Shown here piece by piece: positions 56,488 through 64,000 of a stretch of 64,000 bases of DNA (position 1 is the stretch's first letter; the number at the start of each line of letters is the position of its first letter). A model generated the notes under the pieces. It did not search any database and was not told the DNA's origin. It was given only the letters and a program-made list of their open reading frames with translations. The DNA is taken from NCBI GenBank assembly GCA_965214405.1, contig OZ243956.1, positions 1,600,001-1,664,000 of the forward strand, in the 5' to 3' direction. Origin of the DNA: Trueperaceae bacterium (GTDB lineage: Bacteria; Deinococcota; Deinococci; Deinococcales; Trueperaceae). The position numbers were made by a program, and so were the translations under genes.

Positions 56488-58176
56488 TTACTCGAGCCCC
56501 ACCCTCACCCTCACCACCCCCGCCCGCTCATGCCGCGCCGTCAGCTCTACCTCTCCCCCGTTGGGCGCGTGGACGACCCACTCGAGCTTGACTCTCTCGC
56601 TCGTCTCGTCCGCGCCAAAAAAGGGATGCGGCACCGAAGACTTGTAGGCGCGCCCTTCTAACTGCCCGCGCTCCTCCCTACGTTCGCCGGAGACGAGGCT
56701 CGCTTCCCCAGCCAATTCAATCTCCGCCACCACGCCGCGCACCACCTTGTTTTCCAGCGCCTTTTTGGTGACGTATGTCGGCAGCCAGCCTGTGTTATGG
56801 ACGACAAATCTGACGCGGTAGTGCTCGTTTCCGAGGGGCTCGACACTCACGTCGAAAAGCTCCAACTTGGGCGAGATTAAGAGGTGCCAGATTACCCATT
56901 TGGGAAAGCGCTCGAGTTCCCTCTCTAAAAGCTCCGGCGGCGGGTTCCGAAACGCGTAGAGCATGTTCCAGCCGCCAAGCTCCACCTCACCGAGTTGCGG
57001 ATGCTCAAAGGCGTACCAGTCCACGTAACCCTTACCCTCCAAAACTTCATCGCTCCATTTCAAGAGCTTGAGGTCGTCCTCCACCGGATGCTCCCGGTAC
57101 CACTCGATAAATTTGCGCCCTTCGATGCCCGCCTCTACTTGCGGGCTCCATATCTCCACCGTCCAGCCAAACACGCCCAGGTGGTCGAAAAGCCAATCGT
57201 CGAACGCGCCCGTCATCACCTCTTTGGGGTGGTAGCGGAAGTCGTGGTAGACGGAGACGTTGGGGTAGCCCGTCAGTTCGGTGCCCTTTTGCCCGATTTT
57301 TTGAAACGTCCAGAGGTCTTCGGCGGGCATCGCCTCGTCGGCTTGGTGCGACGAGGGGCGCAGGAGCACGCCGCCGTGCGTGTGAAAGGTGACGCCGCCC
57401 GTGATGTTCGGATGTTCGGCGACAAACGCGACAACGTTGCGCACCTCCGGCTCCGAGGTCGGGTAGAGCCCCGCGCCCTTCTGTTTACCCTCCTGCCGCC
57501 ATTTGGAAGGAAAGTTACGGTTTAAGTCCAGGCCCTCCTTGACGGGTCTGAGGTTGAGCGTCACCCCGTCGTAATTTTCCAAAGTCCCTTCGGGCAGCAC
57601 GCGGTAGTAGGTCCCGCCCGTTTCCGCAGGCTCGCGGCGCACCAGGAGGCGCGGGTCGTGTTCTGACACTTTCCAAGGGCCGTTCTCGTCACGAAAGCGC
57701 ATCATCAGCATCCGCCCGTCGCCGTCTACGTCTTCGCGCATAAGGCCGCTCAGCGGTTCCTCATCGTAGGGATAAGGCCGGGTGGACGAGCGGATGATTT
57801 TGGGTTTATCGGCGAGCGCCCACTCCGCGCCGTCGGGGTTGACGCGGGGGCAGAGGTAAAAGGTGCGGGTGTCCAAACAGCGCGTAACGTCCTCATCTTC
57901 GCCGTAGCCGCCGACAAGCGTGTGGAGCAGGTAGAGGCACGCCATCGAGGGTGACACCTCGGTTGCGTGGATGTTGCCGTCTACCCACAAGGCAGGTTTT
58001 TCACCTGCCGCGCCCGTCTCCTTATTTGTGACGGTGAGGAGCCACACGTCGCGCCCTTCAAAACTTTTGCCGATGCTTTCTATTCCGACGAGGTGCGGGT
58101 ATTCGGTGGCGTATTGGTGGAGGAGGCTCGAGAGCTCGCTGTAGCGGTAGTAGGTGTTAAAGCGGGGGGTGGGCAT
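56488..58176 (-). CDS. M14 family zinc carboxypeptidase
   Basis: IHATE, NPDG, DLNRNF, SEPE, FHT. Confidence 0.92.
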   Translation of the reverse strand: MPTPRFNTYYRYSELSSLLHQYATEYPHLVGIESIGKSFEGRDVWLLTVTNKETGAAGEKPALWVDGNIHATEVSPSMACLYLLHTLVGGYGEDEDVTRCLDTRTFYLCPRVNPDGAEWALADKPKIIRSSTRPYPYDEEPLSGLMREDVDGDGRMLMMRFRDENGPWKVSEHDPRLLVRREPAETGGTYYRVLPEGTLENYDGVTLNLRPVKEGLDLNRNFPSKWRQEGKQKGAGLYPTSEPEVRNVVAFVAEHPNITGGVTFHTHGGVLLRPSSHQADEAMPAEDLWTFQKIGQKGTELTGYPNVSVYHDFRYHPKEVMTGAFDDWLFDHLGVFGWTVEIWSPQVEAGIEGRKFIEWYREHPVEDDLKLLKWSDEVLEGKGYVDWYAFEHPQLGEVELGGWNMLYAFRNPPPELLERELERFPKWVIWHLLISPKLELFDVSVEPLGNEHYRVRFVVHNTGWLPTYVTKKALENKVVRGVVAEIELAGEASLVSGERREERGQLEGRAYKSSVPHPFFGADETSERVKLEWVVHAPNGGEVELTARHERAGVVRVRVGLE

Positions 58177-58278
58177 GAGGGTATCGTACCTGCTGAGTTT
58201 CGGGGGGTGAAGGGGCTCGAGAGGTTACTGGTGTTTATCCTGAAAGCTTCTCAACTTGGCCTCTGCTTACACTACCTC

Positions 58279-58620
58279 ATGACTACCGTCACACTTCCCG
58301 ACGACCTTGCCCAGTGGGTCGAAGCGTTTGGACAGTGGCTCCCGGCCTTTTTGGAAATCAGCTTGCTAAGACTTAAAACGCCAGTCCGCGAGATGGCAGA
58401 CGCGCTTGTCGCTTTTCTCGTGACCAATCCCTCGGCTACGGAAGTGTGGGCCTATTACCTTCCCGACGCCCTGCAAGAACGTGTCGAGGCGCTGCTTAAT
58501 GGGGAGCGCGAGAACGTTTTGAATGAGCATGAGCGTTCGGAATTAGATGAGTTTATGCGACTCGAGCAAGCCGTAAGGTTGATTAAGGCGCGTCTCGCAA
58601 ACAGTGTTGCCCATAGGTGA
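58279..58620 (+). CDS. Putative antitoxin-like protein preceding the HNH gene
   Basis: RHH-like start MTTVTLPDDLA; LQERVEALL...E.SELDEF..LE..VRL.KAR; leaderless TACACT box; GTGA overlap with the HNH gene. Confidence 0.75.
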   Translation: MTTVTLPDDLAQWVEAFGQWLPAFLEISLLRLKTPVREMADALVAFLVTNPSATEVWAYYLPDALQERVEALLNGERENVLNEHERSELDEFMRLEQAVRLIKARLANSVAHR

Positions 58621-59015
58621 GTCGTTCTCAACGGCAAAGGGTCGCAGAACGCGCCCAGCACCGCTGCGAATACTGCCGCTATCCCGAGAACGCTTCACTC
58701 ATCGCCCATCAACTCGACCACATTATCCCCAGACAGCACGGCGGGGGCGATGAGCTAGGAAACCTCGCGCTGGCCTGCGCGTTGTGCAACCGGTCCAAAG
58801 GACCCAACCTCGCCTCGCTCGACTCGGAAACGGATGGGGTTGTACCGCTTTACAACCCACGTATGCAGGATTGGTCGGCGCACTTTCAGCTCGAGGCGGA
58901 GTGCATCATCGGTTTGACCTCTACGGGCCGCGCTACGGCGGCCCTGCTGCACTTTAACGATGAGGCGCGGATGCTCGAGCGTCGCCTTCTCATCCAGAGC
59001 GGATACGACTTGTAA
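58617..59015 (+). CDS. HNH endonuclease
   Basis: RCEYC, DHIIP..HGG, NLALACALCN.KG, LYNPR...W..HF. Confidence 0.92.
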   Translation: MSRSQRQRVAERAQHRCEYCRYPENASLIAHQLDHIIPRQHGGGDELGNLALACALCNRSKGPNLASLDSETDGVVPLYNPRMQDWSAHFQLEAECIIGLTSTGRATAALLHFNDEARMLERRLLIQSGYDL

Positions 59016-59019
59016 CACC

Positions 59020-59239
59020 TCAACTTTCAAAAAGGTGCTCAACCTGCTGCCAAGCGCCCCCCCCTCACCGCAGCCGCCAGCATCGCCGCGTCATCTTCGG
59101 TGAGCCGACTGCGCTGACGGACGGTTTCAAGCTCCAAATAGTCGAGCAGCTTAGCAAGTTGCGCCTCATCCGCTAGCGCCGCAGGTAAGCGAATGGTAAT
59201 GCCGTCTTTGTCTCTGGTAATTTCGTAAGCTGCACCCAC
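59020..59239 (-). CDS. Small antitoxin-like protein; the C-terminus depends on a G8 tract
   Basis: KLLDYLELETVRQRSRLTEDDAA. With G8 it stops at 59039; with G7 it would read GAWQQVEHLFES* to 59020. Confidence 0.55.
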
Positions 59240-59469
59240 TAAACGCTCCGCCCCCTCGCTTCTGTGAGCACCTCGTTCACGTCGAGCGGCTTGTAATCGC
59301 CGCTGTCCTCACCTTTTTGGATTTCGGCGCGAAGATAAGAGAATCCGCTCTCATACTCCTGAATCAGCTTGAGCGACTGGCTGAGTACGGCGCGGTCATC
59401 TTCGTACCGTCCGGTTTCAATCAGCCCTTTGATAAGCCTCTCTTGCTCTTGCGTTAGTTCGACGGTCAT
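59239..59469 (-). CDS. ParD-like (CC2985 family) ribbon-helix-helix antitoxin
   Basis: MTVELT..QERLI..LIETGRY...LRAEIQKGEDSG; TATTCT -10 box. Confidence 0.85.
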   Translation of the reverse strand: MTVELTQEQERLIKGLIETGRYEDDRAVLSQSLKLIQEYESGFSYLRAEIQKGEDSGDYKPLDVNEVLTEARGRSV

Positions 59470-59539
59470 AGGACTAGAATACGTGTTTTGAAGAGCCGAA
59501 GCAATCGCCTGCGCGAAGAGCAGAGCATAGAAGAACAAA

Positions 59540-60010
59540 TCAGCTCCCAGGGGTAGGATAAAGAACCCGAAACCGCTCACAGCTTAGGAGCATGTCCTCG
59601 TTCACTTCGTAACCTTCTCCCTCTGCTTCACGGGAGAAGAAGTCCCAGTGCGCCTTTCGCCAGTATTCCAAGCTTAAATCACCTTCGCCCTCGGCTGCAG
59701 CAAACTCTGCGTCCACGTCGCGGTAACGCCGAACGGTGATTTCGTAAGTGTCGATAATGCAGAGGGGGTGCCCGTCGCCATCTAAGAGGATGCTCAAGCC
59801 TGCATCGTCGAGTGTGTTGTCACCCACGTACCGACTACACGTCGCGGTTTTGATTCCTTCTTTCACCAAATGACCCAGCTCGTTAGCCATCTGAGGCGTA
59901 TCACCAAAACTCCAAATGCCGGGTAGGGTGGCGTGTTTGTACATGTGATGCTCAGGAAGTGTTATTAGATAAGCTTCCCAGAACTGATGAATTTCCTTTT
60001 CGCTTGTCAT
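59540..60010 (-). CDS. ASCH-domain protein
   Basis: WSFGD, GIKTATCS, FAAAEGEGDLSLEYWRKAHWDFF. Confidence 0.92.
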   Translation of the reverse strand: MTSEKEIHQFWEAYLITLPEHHMYKHATLPGIWSFGDTPQMANELGHLVKEGIKTATCSRYVGDNTLDDAGLSILLDGDGHPLCIIDTYEITVRRYRDVDAEFAAAEGEGDLSLEYWRKAHWDFFSREAEGEGYEVNEDMLLSCERFRVLYPTPGS

Positions 60011-60094
60011 AACTTAGCCATGATAAGCTTTTACAGCGGAGCAGAACTTAAGTTGTCGGTAGCAGCCAGGTGATAAACAGGGTATCAAAGGGAG

Positions 60095-60946
60095 GTGAGG
60101 GTGCGGCCCAAAAGCAAAACCAAAAGCGTCGTTACAACCGTGACAAAGGGCGAGGCTAAAGAGCGGCGCGACACACTTGCGACCGAGGAGCCTTTAGAGT
60201 TGCGTTTGCTTAGCGGTACGGAACGCCGGACGGTGGCGGTGACCATGCGCACGCCCGGCAACGATTTCGAGCTCGCGGCGGGCTTTCTTTTTGGTGAGGG
60301 GGTCATCACTCGTGACGACATCTTGCACATCTCCTACTGTGTAGACGCGCCCTCCGAGCAGCGTTACAACATCGTCAACGTGACGTTGCGCGGGCCGCTG
60401 CCCGAGTTGCGGGGCCTCGAGCGCCACTTCACCACCACCTCGGCCTGCGGCGTCTGCGGCAAGGCGAGTCTGGAGGCCTTAGAGATTCGCGGCTGCGCGG
60501 CTCTGCCTGTTACCTTTGCCGTGTCACCCGAACTTATCACCTCGCTGCCCGACAAGCTGCGCCTCCAACAGGGGCTGTTTGAGGCGACGGGTGGGCTACA
60601 CGCGGCGGCATTATTTAGCAAAGACGGTGAGTTAATCGCGCTCCGCGAGGACGTGGGGCGGCACAACGCGCTGGACAAGCTCATCGGCTGGGCGCTGTTG
60701 GAGGGCCTGCTGCCGCTGTCAGAGCACATCGTTCTTTTGAGTGGCCGGGCGAGTTTTGAACTCTTGCAAAAGTCGCTCTCGGCGGGGTTGGGCGTGGTTT
60801 GCGCGGTGTCCGCGCCTTCGTCTCTCGCTGTGTCGGTTGCAAAGAACTTTGGCATCACCCTCGTCGGGTTTTTGCGCGGCGAACGGTTTAATATTTATGC
60901 GGGTGAGGTGCGCGTGGCGCTGTCGTCTTCTCTACAACAGGCTTAA
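60095..60946 (+). CDS. fdhD: Formate dehydrogenase accessory sulfurtransferase
   Basis: EEPLE, MRTPG, SACGVCG, TGGLHAA, REDVGRHNALDK, SGR. Confidence 0.96.
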   Translation: MRVRPKSKTKSVVTTVTKGEAKERRDTLATEEPLELRLLSGTERRTVAVTMRTPGNDFELAAGFLFGEGVITRDDILHISYCVDAPSEQRYNIVNVTLRGPLPELRGLERHFTTTSACGVCGKASLEALEIRGCAALPVTFAVSPELITSLPDKLRLQQGLFEATGGLHAAALFSKDGELIALREDVGRHNALDKLIGWALLEGLLPLSEHIVLLSGRASFELLQKSLSAGLGVVCAVSAPSSLAVSVAKNFGITLVGFLRGERFNIYAGEVRVALSSSLQQA

Positions 60947-61000
60947 CACAAGGCGAAGCGCGTTGAAGAGGCTCGAGCCCACTCTCACAGCTACACAACT

Positions 61001-62134
61001 TCAGGGAAGGTAGAACTCTTCGTTGTTGTAGATAACCCGCATCAAGCGCGCCGGGGCGTTGATGAGCTCGAGCAGCCTCCTACTCTGCCGCTCATGAGCT
61101 TTGGCGCTAGAATGGATAAACAAGAAGTGACCATTGCTAAGTTCTCTATACGCGCTGACCTCGTAAACATCCCCGTTAGCTTTGGTGCGCTCATTTACGT
61201 CACAGTTAACAAGTCCTGTTGACTTTAGTAACGGCTCCTTGTCCAACATTAGGAGGGTTTCGGCGATTCCGCAGGTCACGTCGCGCCAGGAAGACGCCTC
61301 TACCTCGTCATCCCCGACCCAGACTTTTATGTCGGAAGGCGCACCTTTTCTTTTGAGCGGTTTTGTGGAGGCTATGCCCGCCTTTAGCGCCTCGGTTAAA
61401 TCCGCTGATTCTTTTGAAAGAGGTTGAGGGGATGGCGGGGTGTCGCCGGGAGCGCCCAAGAGTTTTCTGCTTAGCTCGAGCAAAGACTCGAGCGCCAGCT
61501 CTTTTTCGTTGGGCTCGAGCGTTAGCTGGATGGCTTTTTTAAGGCCCGCCTCGTCCTGGGTAAAGCCTTCTAGGAGTTCGCGCTCGAGTTTCTGGGCTAT
61601 CTCGCTCAGCTTTGTCCGCTTTCTGATGTCGCTGGCAACCTCGTCTACTTTGATTGCGAGAACGTCGTCCGCGTTTTCGGGTTCCCAAGCGGAACGCGCG
61701 AGTAATTTGGCGAGGTAATTTGCAGCCTCGGGTTTTTGGATGTCAATGGTAGTCGCAAGCTTTTCGGCGGCGGGTTTAGAGATTTGATTGTCGAAAAAGT
61801 GCCACGCCTTGCCGTTTGTGAGGACGGCCCAGCGCCTGCCTTGCGCGTTGACGTAATTGACAGACTGTGCTTGGTCACCCGCCGAAAACTCTTTATTAAG
61901 CGCCTTGACCTCGATGATAAACCTTATTCTGTCGGCGAGGTTGACCGTGAAGTCCGGGTAATAGCCGTGGTTCGCGTTCTGCGGCACCACTTCATAAGGA
62001 TTAAAAATATCGTAGCCGAGCGCCTGAAGAACGGGTAAGACGATGGCCTGAGAGGTCTGCGCCTCGTTCAGACCTCTCTCCGACCAGTCCTGAAGGTTCT
62101 CGCCAAGCCGTCGCAATGTTGCTTTAACAGACAC
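61001..62134 (-). CDS. Stand-alone HsdR_N-type PD-(D/E)XK nuclease with helical linker and SeqA-like C-terminal domain
   Basis: NEAQT..IVLPVLQALGYD, PDF, IEVK, Q...Y, LTNG..W. C-terminus SSWRD...LSNGHFLFIHSSAK...RRLLE. Confidence 0.75.
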   Translation of the reverse strand: MSVKATLRRLGENLQDWSERGLNEAQTSQAIVLPVLQALGYDIFNPYEVVPQNANHGYYPDFTVNLADRIRFIIEVKALNKEFSAGDQAQSVNYVNAQGRRWAVLTNGKAWHFFDNQISKPAAEKLATTIDIQKPEAANYLAKLLARSAWEPENADDVLAIKVDEVASDIRKRTKLSEIAQKLERELLEGFTQDEAGLKKAIQLTLEPNEKELALESLLELSRKLLGAPGDTPPSPQPLSKESADLTEALKAGIASTKPLKRKGAPSDIKVWVGDDEVEASSWRDVTCGIAETLLMLDKEPLLKSTGLVNCDVNERTKANGDVYEVSAYRELSNGHFLFIHSSAKAHERQSRRLLELINAPARLMRVIYNNEEFYLP

Positions 62135-62244
62135 CTTGAAGAGTTTAACATCTGTGACGCGTTTCTCATAAGAGACGTGCTTCTCATAAAAGTGTTGCTT
62201 CAGATAGGGCAGCATCCTCGAAACAAAACCCGTTATAGTACCGC

Positions 62245-63261
62245 ATGACCTACCGCAACCTCGGCAGCAGCGGCCTAGAACTTTTCCCCCTCGCGCTCGG
62301 CACCATGCAGTTCGGCTGGACGGCGGACGAGGCGACCTCGTTTGGCGTCATGGACGCCTTTGTGGAGGCGGGGGGCAATCTTATCGACACGGCGGACATA
62401 TACAGCATGTGGGCACCCGACAACCCCGGCGGCGTGTCCGAAGAAATCATCGGGCGCTGGTTGAAAGCGAGGGGCAACCGCGACCGGGTGCTCGTCGCCA
62501 CCAAGGTGCGCGGCGCGATGGGCGCGAACGGCGCGGAGGGCCGCGAGCATCCCTTGCAGCGTGAAGGTTTGTCCCGGCGCTGGATTATGCAGGCTTGCGA
62601 GGACTCGCTAAGGCGTTTACAGGTTGACCACATCGACCTCTACCAGGTCCACTGGATAGACCCGAAGACGCCCATCGAAGAAACGCTGTCCGCCTTGACC
62701 GACCTCGTGCGCAAGGGGTATGTGCGTTATCTGGGCTGCTCGAACTTCTCGGCCTGGCGGCTCATGCAGGCGCTGTGGGCGAGTGATAGGCACGGTTATG
62801 AAAAGTTTATGTCAATCCAGCCCGAGTACAGCCTTACCCAGCCCACCAGGGCCGAGTTCGAGCGCGAGCTGGCTCCCGTCTGCGAGGCGTACGGCGTCGG
62901 CGTGCTGCCGTACAGCCCACTCGCGGGCGGCTTTTTGACGGGCAAGTATGAACGTAACGCGGCGCTGCCCGACAGCAAGCGGGCCGAGGGCATCGCCAAC
63001 AAACGGTTTACGGAACAGAATTGGGCGATTTTGGACGAGGTGCGCAGGGTTGTCGGGGCGCACGGCGCGCACCCGGCGCAGGTCGCGCTCGCTTGGCTCC
63101 TTGCTAAACCCTACATGAGCGCGCCCATCATCGGGGCGAACAGCGTGGCGCAGCTTCAAGACCTCCTGCCCGCGGCGACGCTCGAGCTCTCCCCCGAGGA
63201 GGTCGCGGCGCTCGATGAAGTTTCGGACTGGGAGCGCTCGAGGACCGAGCAAGAAGTTTAG
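62245..63261 (+). CDS. Aldo/keto reductase
   Basis: [39 protein letters not shown]. Confidence 0.93.
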   Translation: MTYRNLGSSGLELFPLALGTMQFGWTADEATSFGVMDAFVEAGGNLIDTADIYSMWAPDNPGGVSEEIIGRWLKARGNRDRVLVATKVRGAMGANGAEGREHPLQREGLSRRWIMQACEDSLRRLQVDHIDLYQVHWIDPKTPIEETLSALTDLVRKGYVRYLGCSNFSAWRLMQALWASDRHGYEKFMSIQPEYSLTQPTRAEFERELAPVCEAYGVGVLPYSPLAGGFLTGKYERNAALPDSKRAEGIANKRFTEQNWAILDEVRRVVGAHGAHPAQVALAWLLAKPYMSAPIIGANSVAQLQDLLPAATLELSPEEVAALDEVSDWERSRTEQEV

Positions 63262-63330
63262 CGGTCGCGTTCACGGCTAAGGCTACACTGAGACTGGCTC
63301 CCAGTCAGGCCCTAAGAAATGAGGGGAAAC

Positions 63331-64000
63331 GTGGACACAAAAGATGAAAAGACCAGAAAAGGTTACGACCCCACCAAGGCGAGCCGTTCCGAGGCGGTGG
63401 GCGCGCCCGACCATTATGAGGCGAAAGAAAATTTTGAGGGGGTGAGCGATACCACACCTGACCGCCCTCACAAAGAGGCGACGCGGGTCAAGGCGCAGCC
63501 GCCGGGCGCGTTTACCGGGCTCAAACGAACCGCGGTCAAACACCTTGCCGCCGGGCTGCCTGCGGTCTTCTCGAGCGCCAAACATGCTTTCGACGAGACC
63601 GGCCCCGTGCGCGGCGTCCGGATGCTCACCACCATGAACCAGCATGACGGCTTCGACTGCTCCTCCTGCGCCTGGCCCGACCCGGACGAGGGGCGCTCCG
63701 TCGCGGAGTTCTGCGAGAACGGCGCCAAGGCTGTTTTGGACGAGGGCACGAAGCGCCGCGTCACGCCCGAGTTTTTTAGGAAACACTCGGTCGAGGAGCT
63801 TGCCAAACGCTCCGACTACTGGCTCAACAGCCAGGGCCGCCTCACCCATCCGATGATTCTTCGTAAGGGGGCCACGCACTACGAGCCGATAAGCTGGGCT
63901 GAAGCGTTTGACAAGGTTGCGAAAGGGCTTAATGCCTTGGAATCTCCCGACGAGGCCGTGTTCTACACCTCCGGGCGCACCTCGAACGAGGCAGCCTTTT
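63331..64000 (+). CDS. FdhF/YdeP-family molybdopterin oxidoreductase (runs off the window end)
   Basis: Frame from GTG 63331 (RBS GAGGGG): MNQHDGFDCSSCAWPDP...EFCENGAK, QGRLTHPM, FYTSGRTSNEAAF. Not in the ORF track because it has no stop within the window. Confidence 0.92.
   Translation, partial: MDTKDEKTRKGYDPTKASRSEAVGAPDHYEAKENFEGVSDTTPDRPHKEATRVKAQPPGAFTGLKRTAVKHLAAGLPAVFSSAKHAFDETGPVRGVRMLTTMNQHDGFDCSSCAWPDPDEGRSVAEFCENGAKAVLDEGTKRRVTPEFFRKHSVEELAKRSDYWLNSQGRLTHPMILRKGATHYEPISWAEAFDKVAKGLNALESPDEAVFYTSGRTSNEAAF

Noticed and set aside
63283..63879. 198-aa minus-strand ORF
   Set aside because: Shadow of the plus-strand FdhF/YdeP gene starting at 63331.

Overview
GC-rich bacterial chromosome segment, most likely Deinococcota (Truepera-like). 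This assignment is an inference from gene style, the many leaderless genes with a TANNNT -10 box just before the start codon, and the gene content. The housekeeping backbone comprises an M16 peptidase pair, a probable thiamine ABC/thiN cluster, era, trmFO, dxs, pspA, purD/purN, fabI, mreD-mrdA-minC, an acyl-CoA ligase and thiolase, moaA, fdhD, an FdhF/YdeP-family gene and four tRNAs (fMet, Thr, Phe, Asp). Three accessory regions interrupt it. (1) About 2.4-11.7 kb: an AT-rich calcineurin-like phosphoesterase + STAND NTPase gene (NLR/Avs-like defence candidate) broken by two IS elements, followed by MazEF, a GNAT with a stop at codon 2 and an IS-split corA. (2) About 25.6-34.3 kb: a decaying sugar-acid catabolic island next to tRNA-fMet. 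(3) About 58.2-62.2 kb: an antitoxin-HNH pair, two orphan antitoxins, an ASCH gene and a solitary HsdR_N-type nuclease with a SeqA-like C-terminus. The most striking window-wide signal is strong over-representation of the palindrome CTCGAG (HIP-like), which I did not find in any of the four IS elements. No CRISPR array or rRNA was seen. All family calls come from motif recognition by eye; no searches were run.
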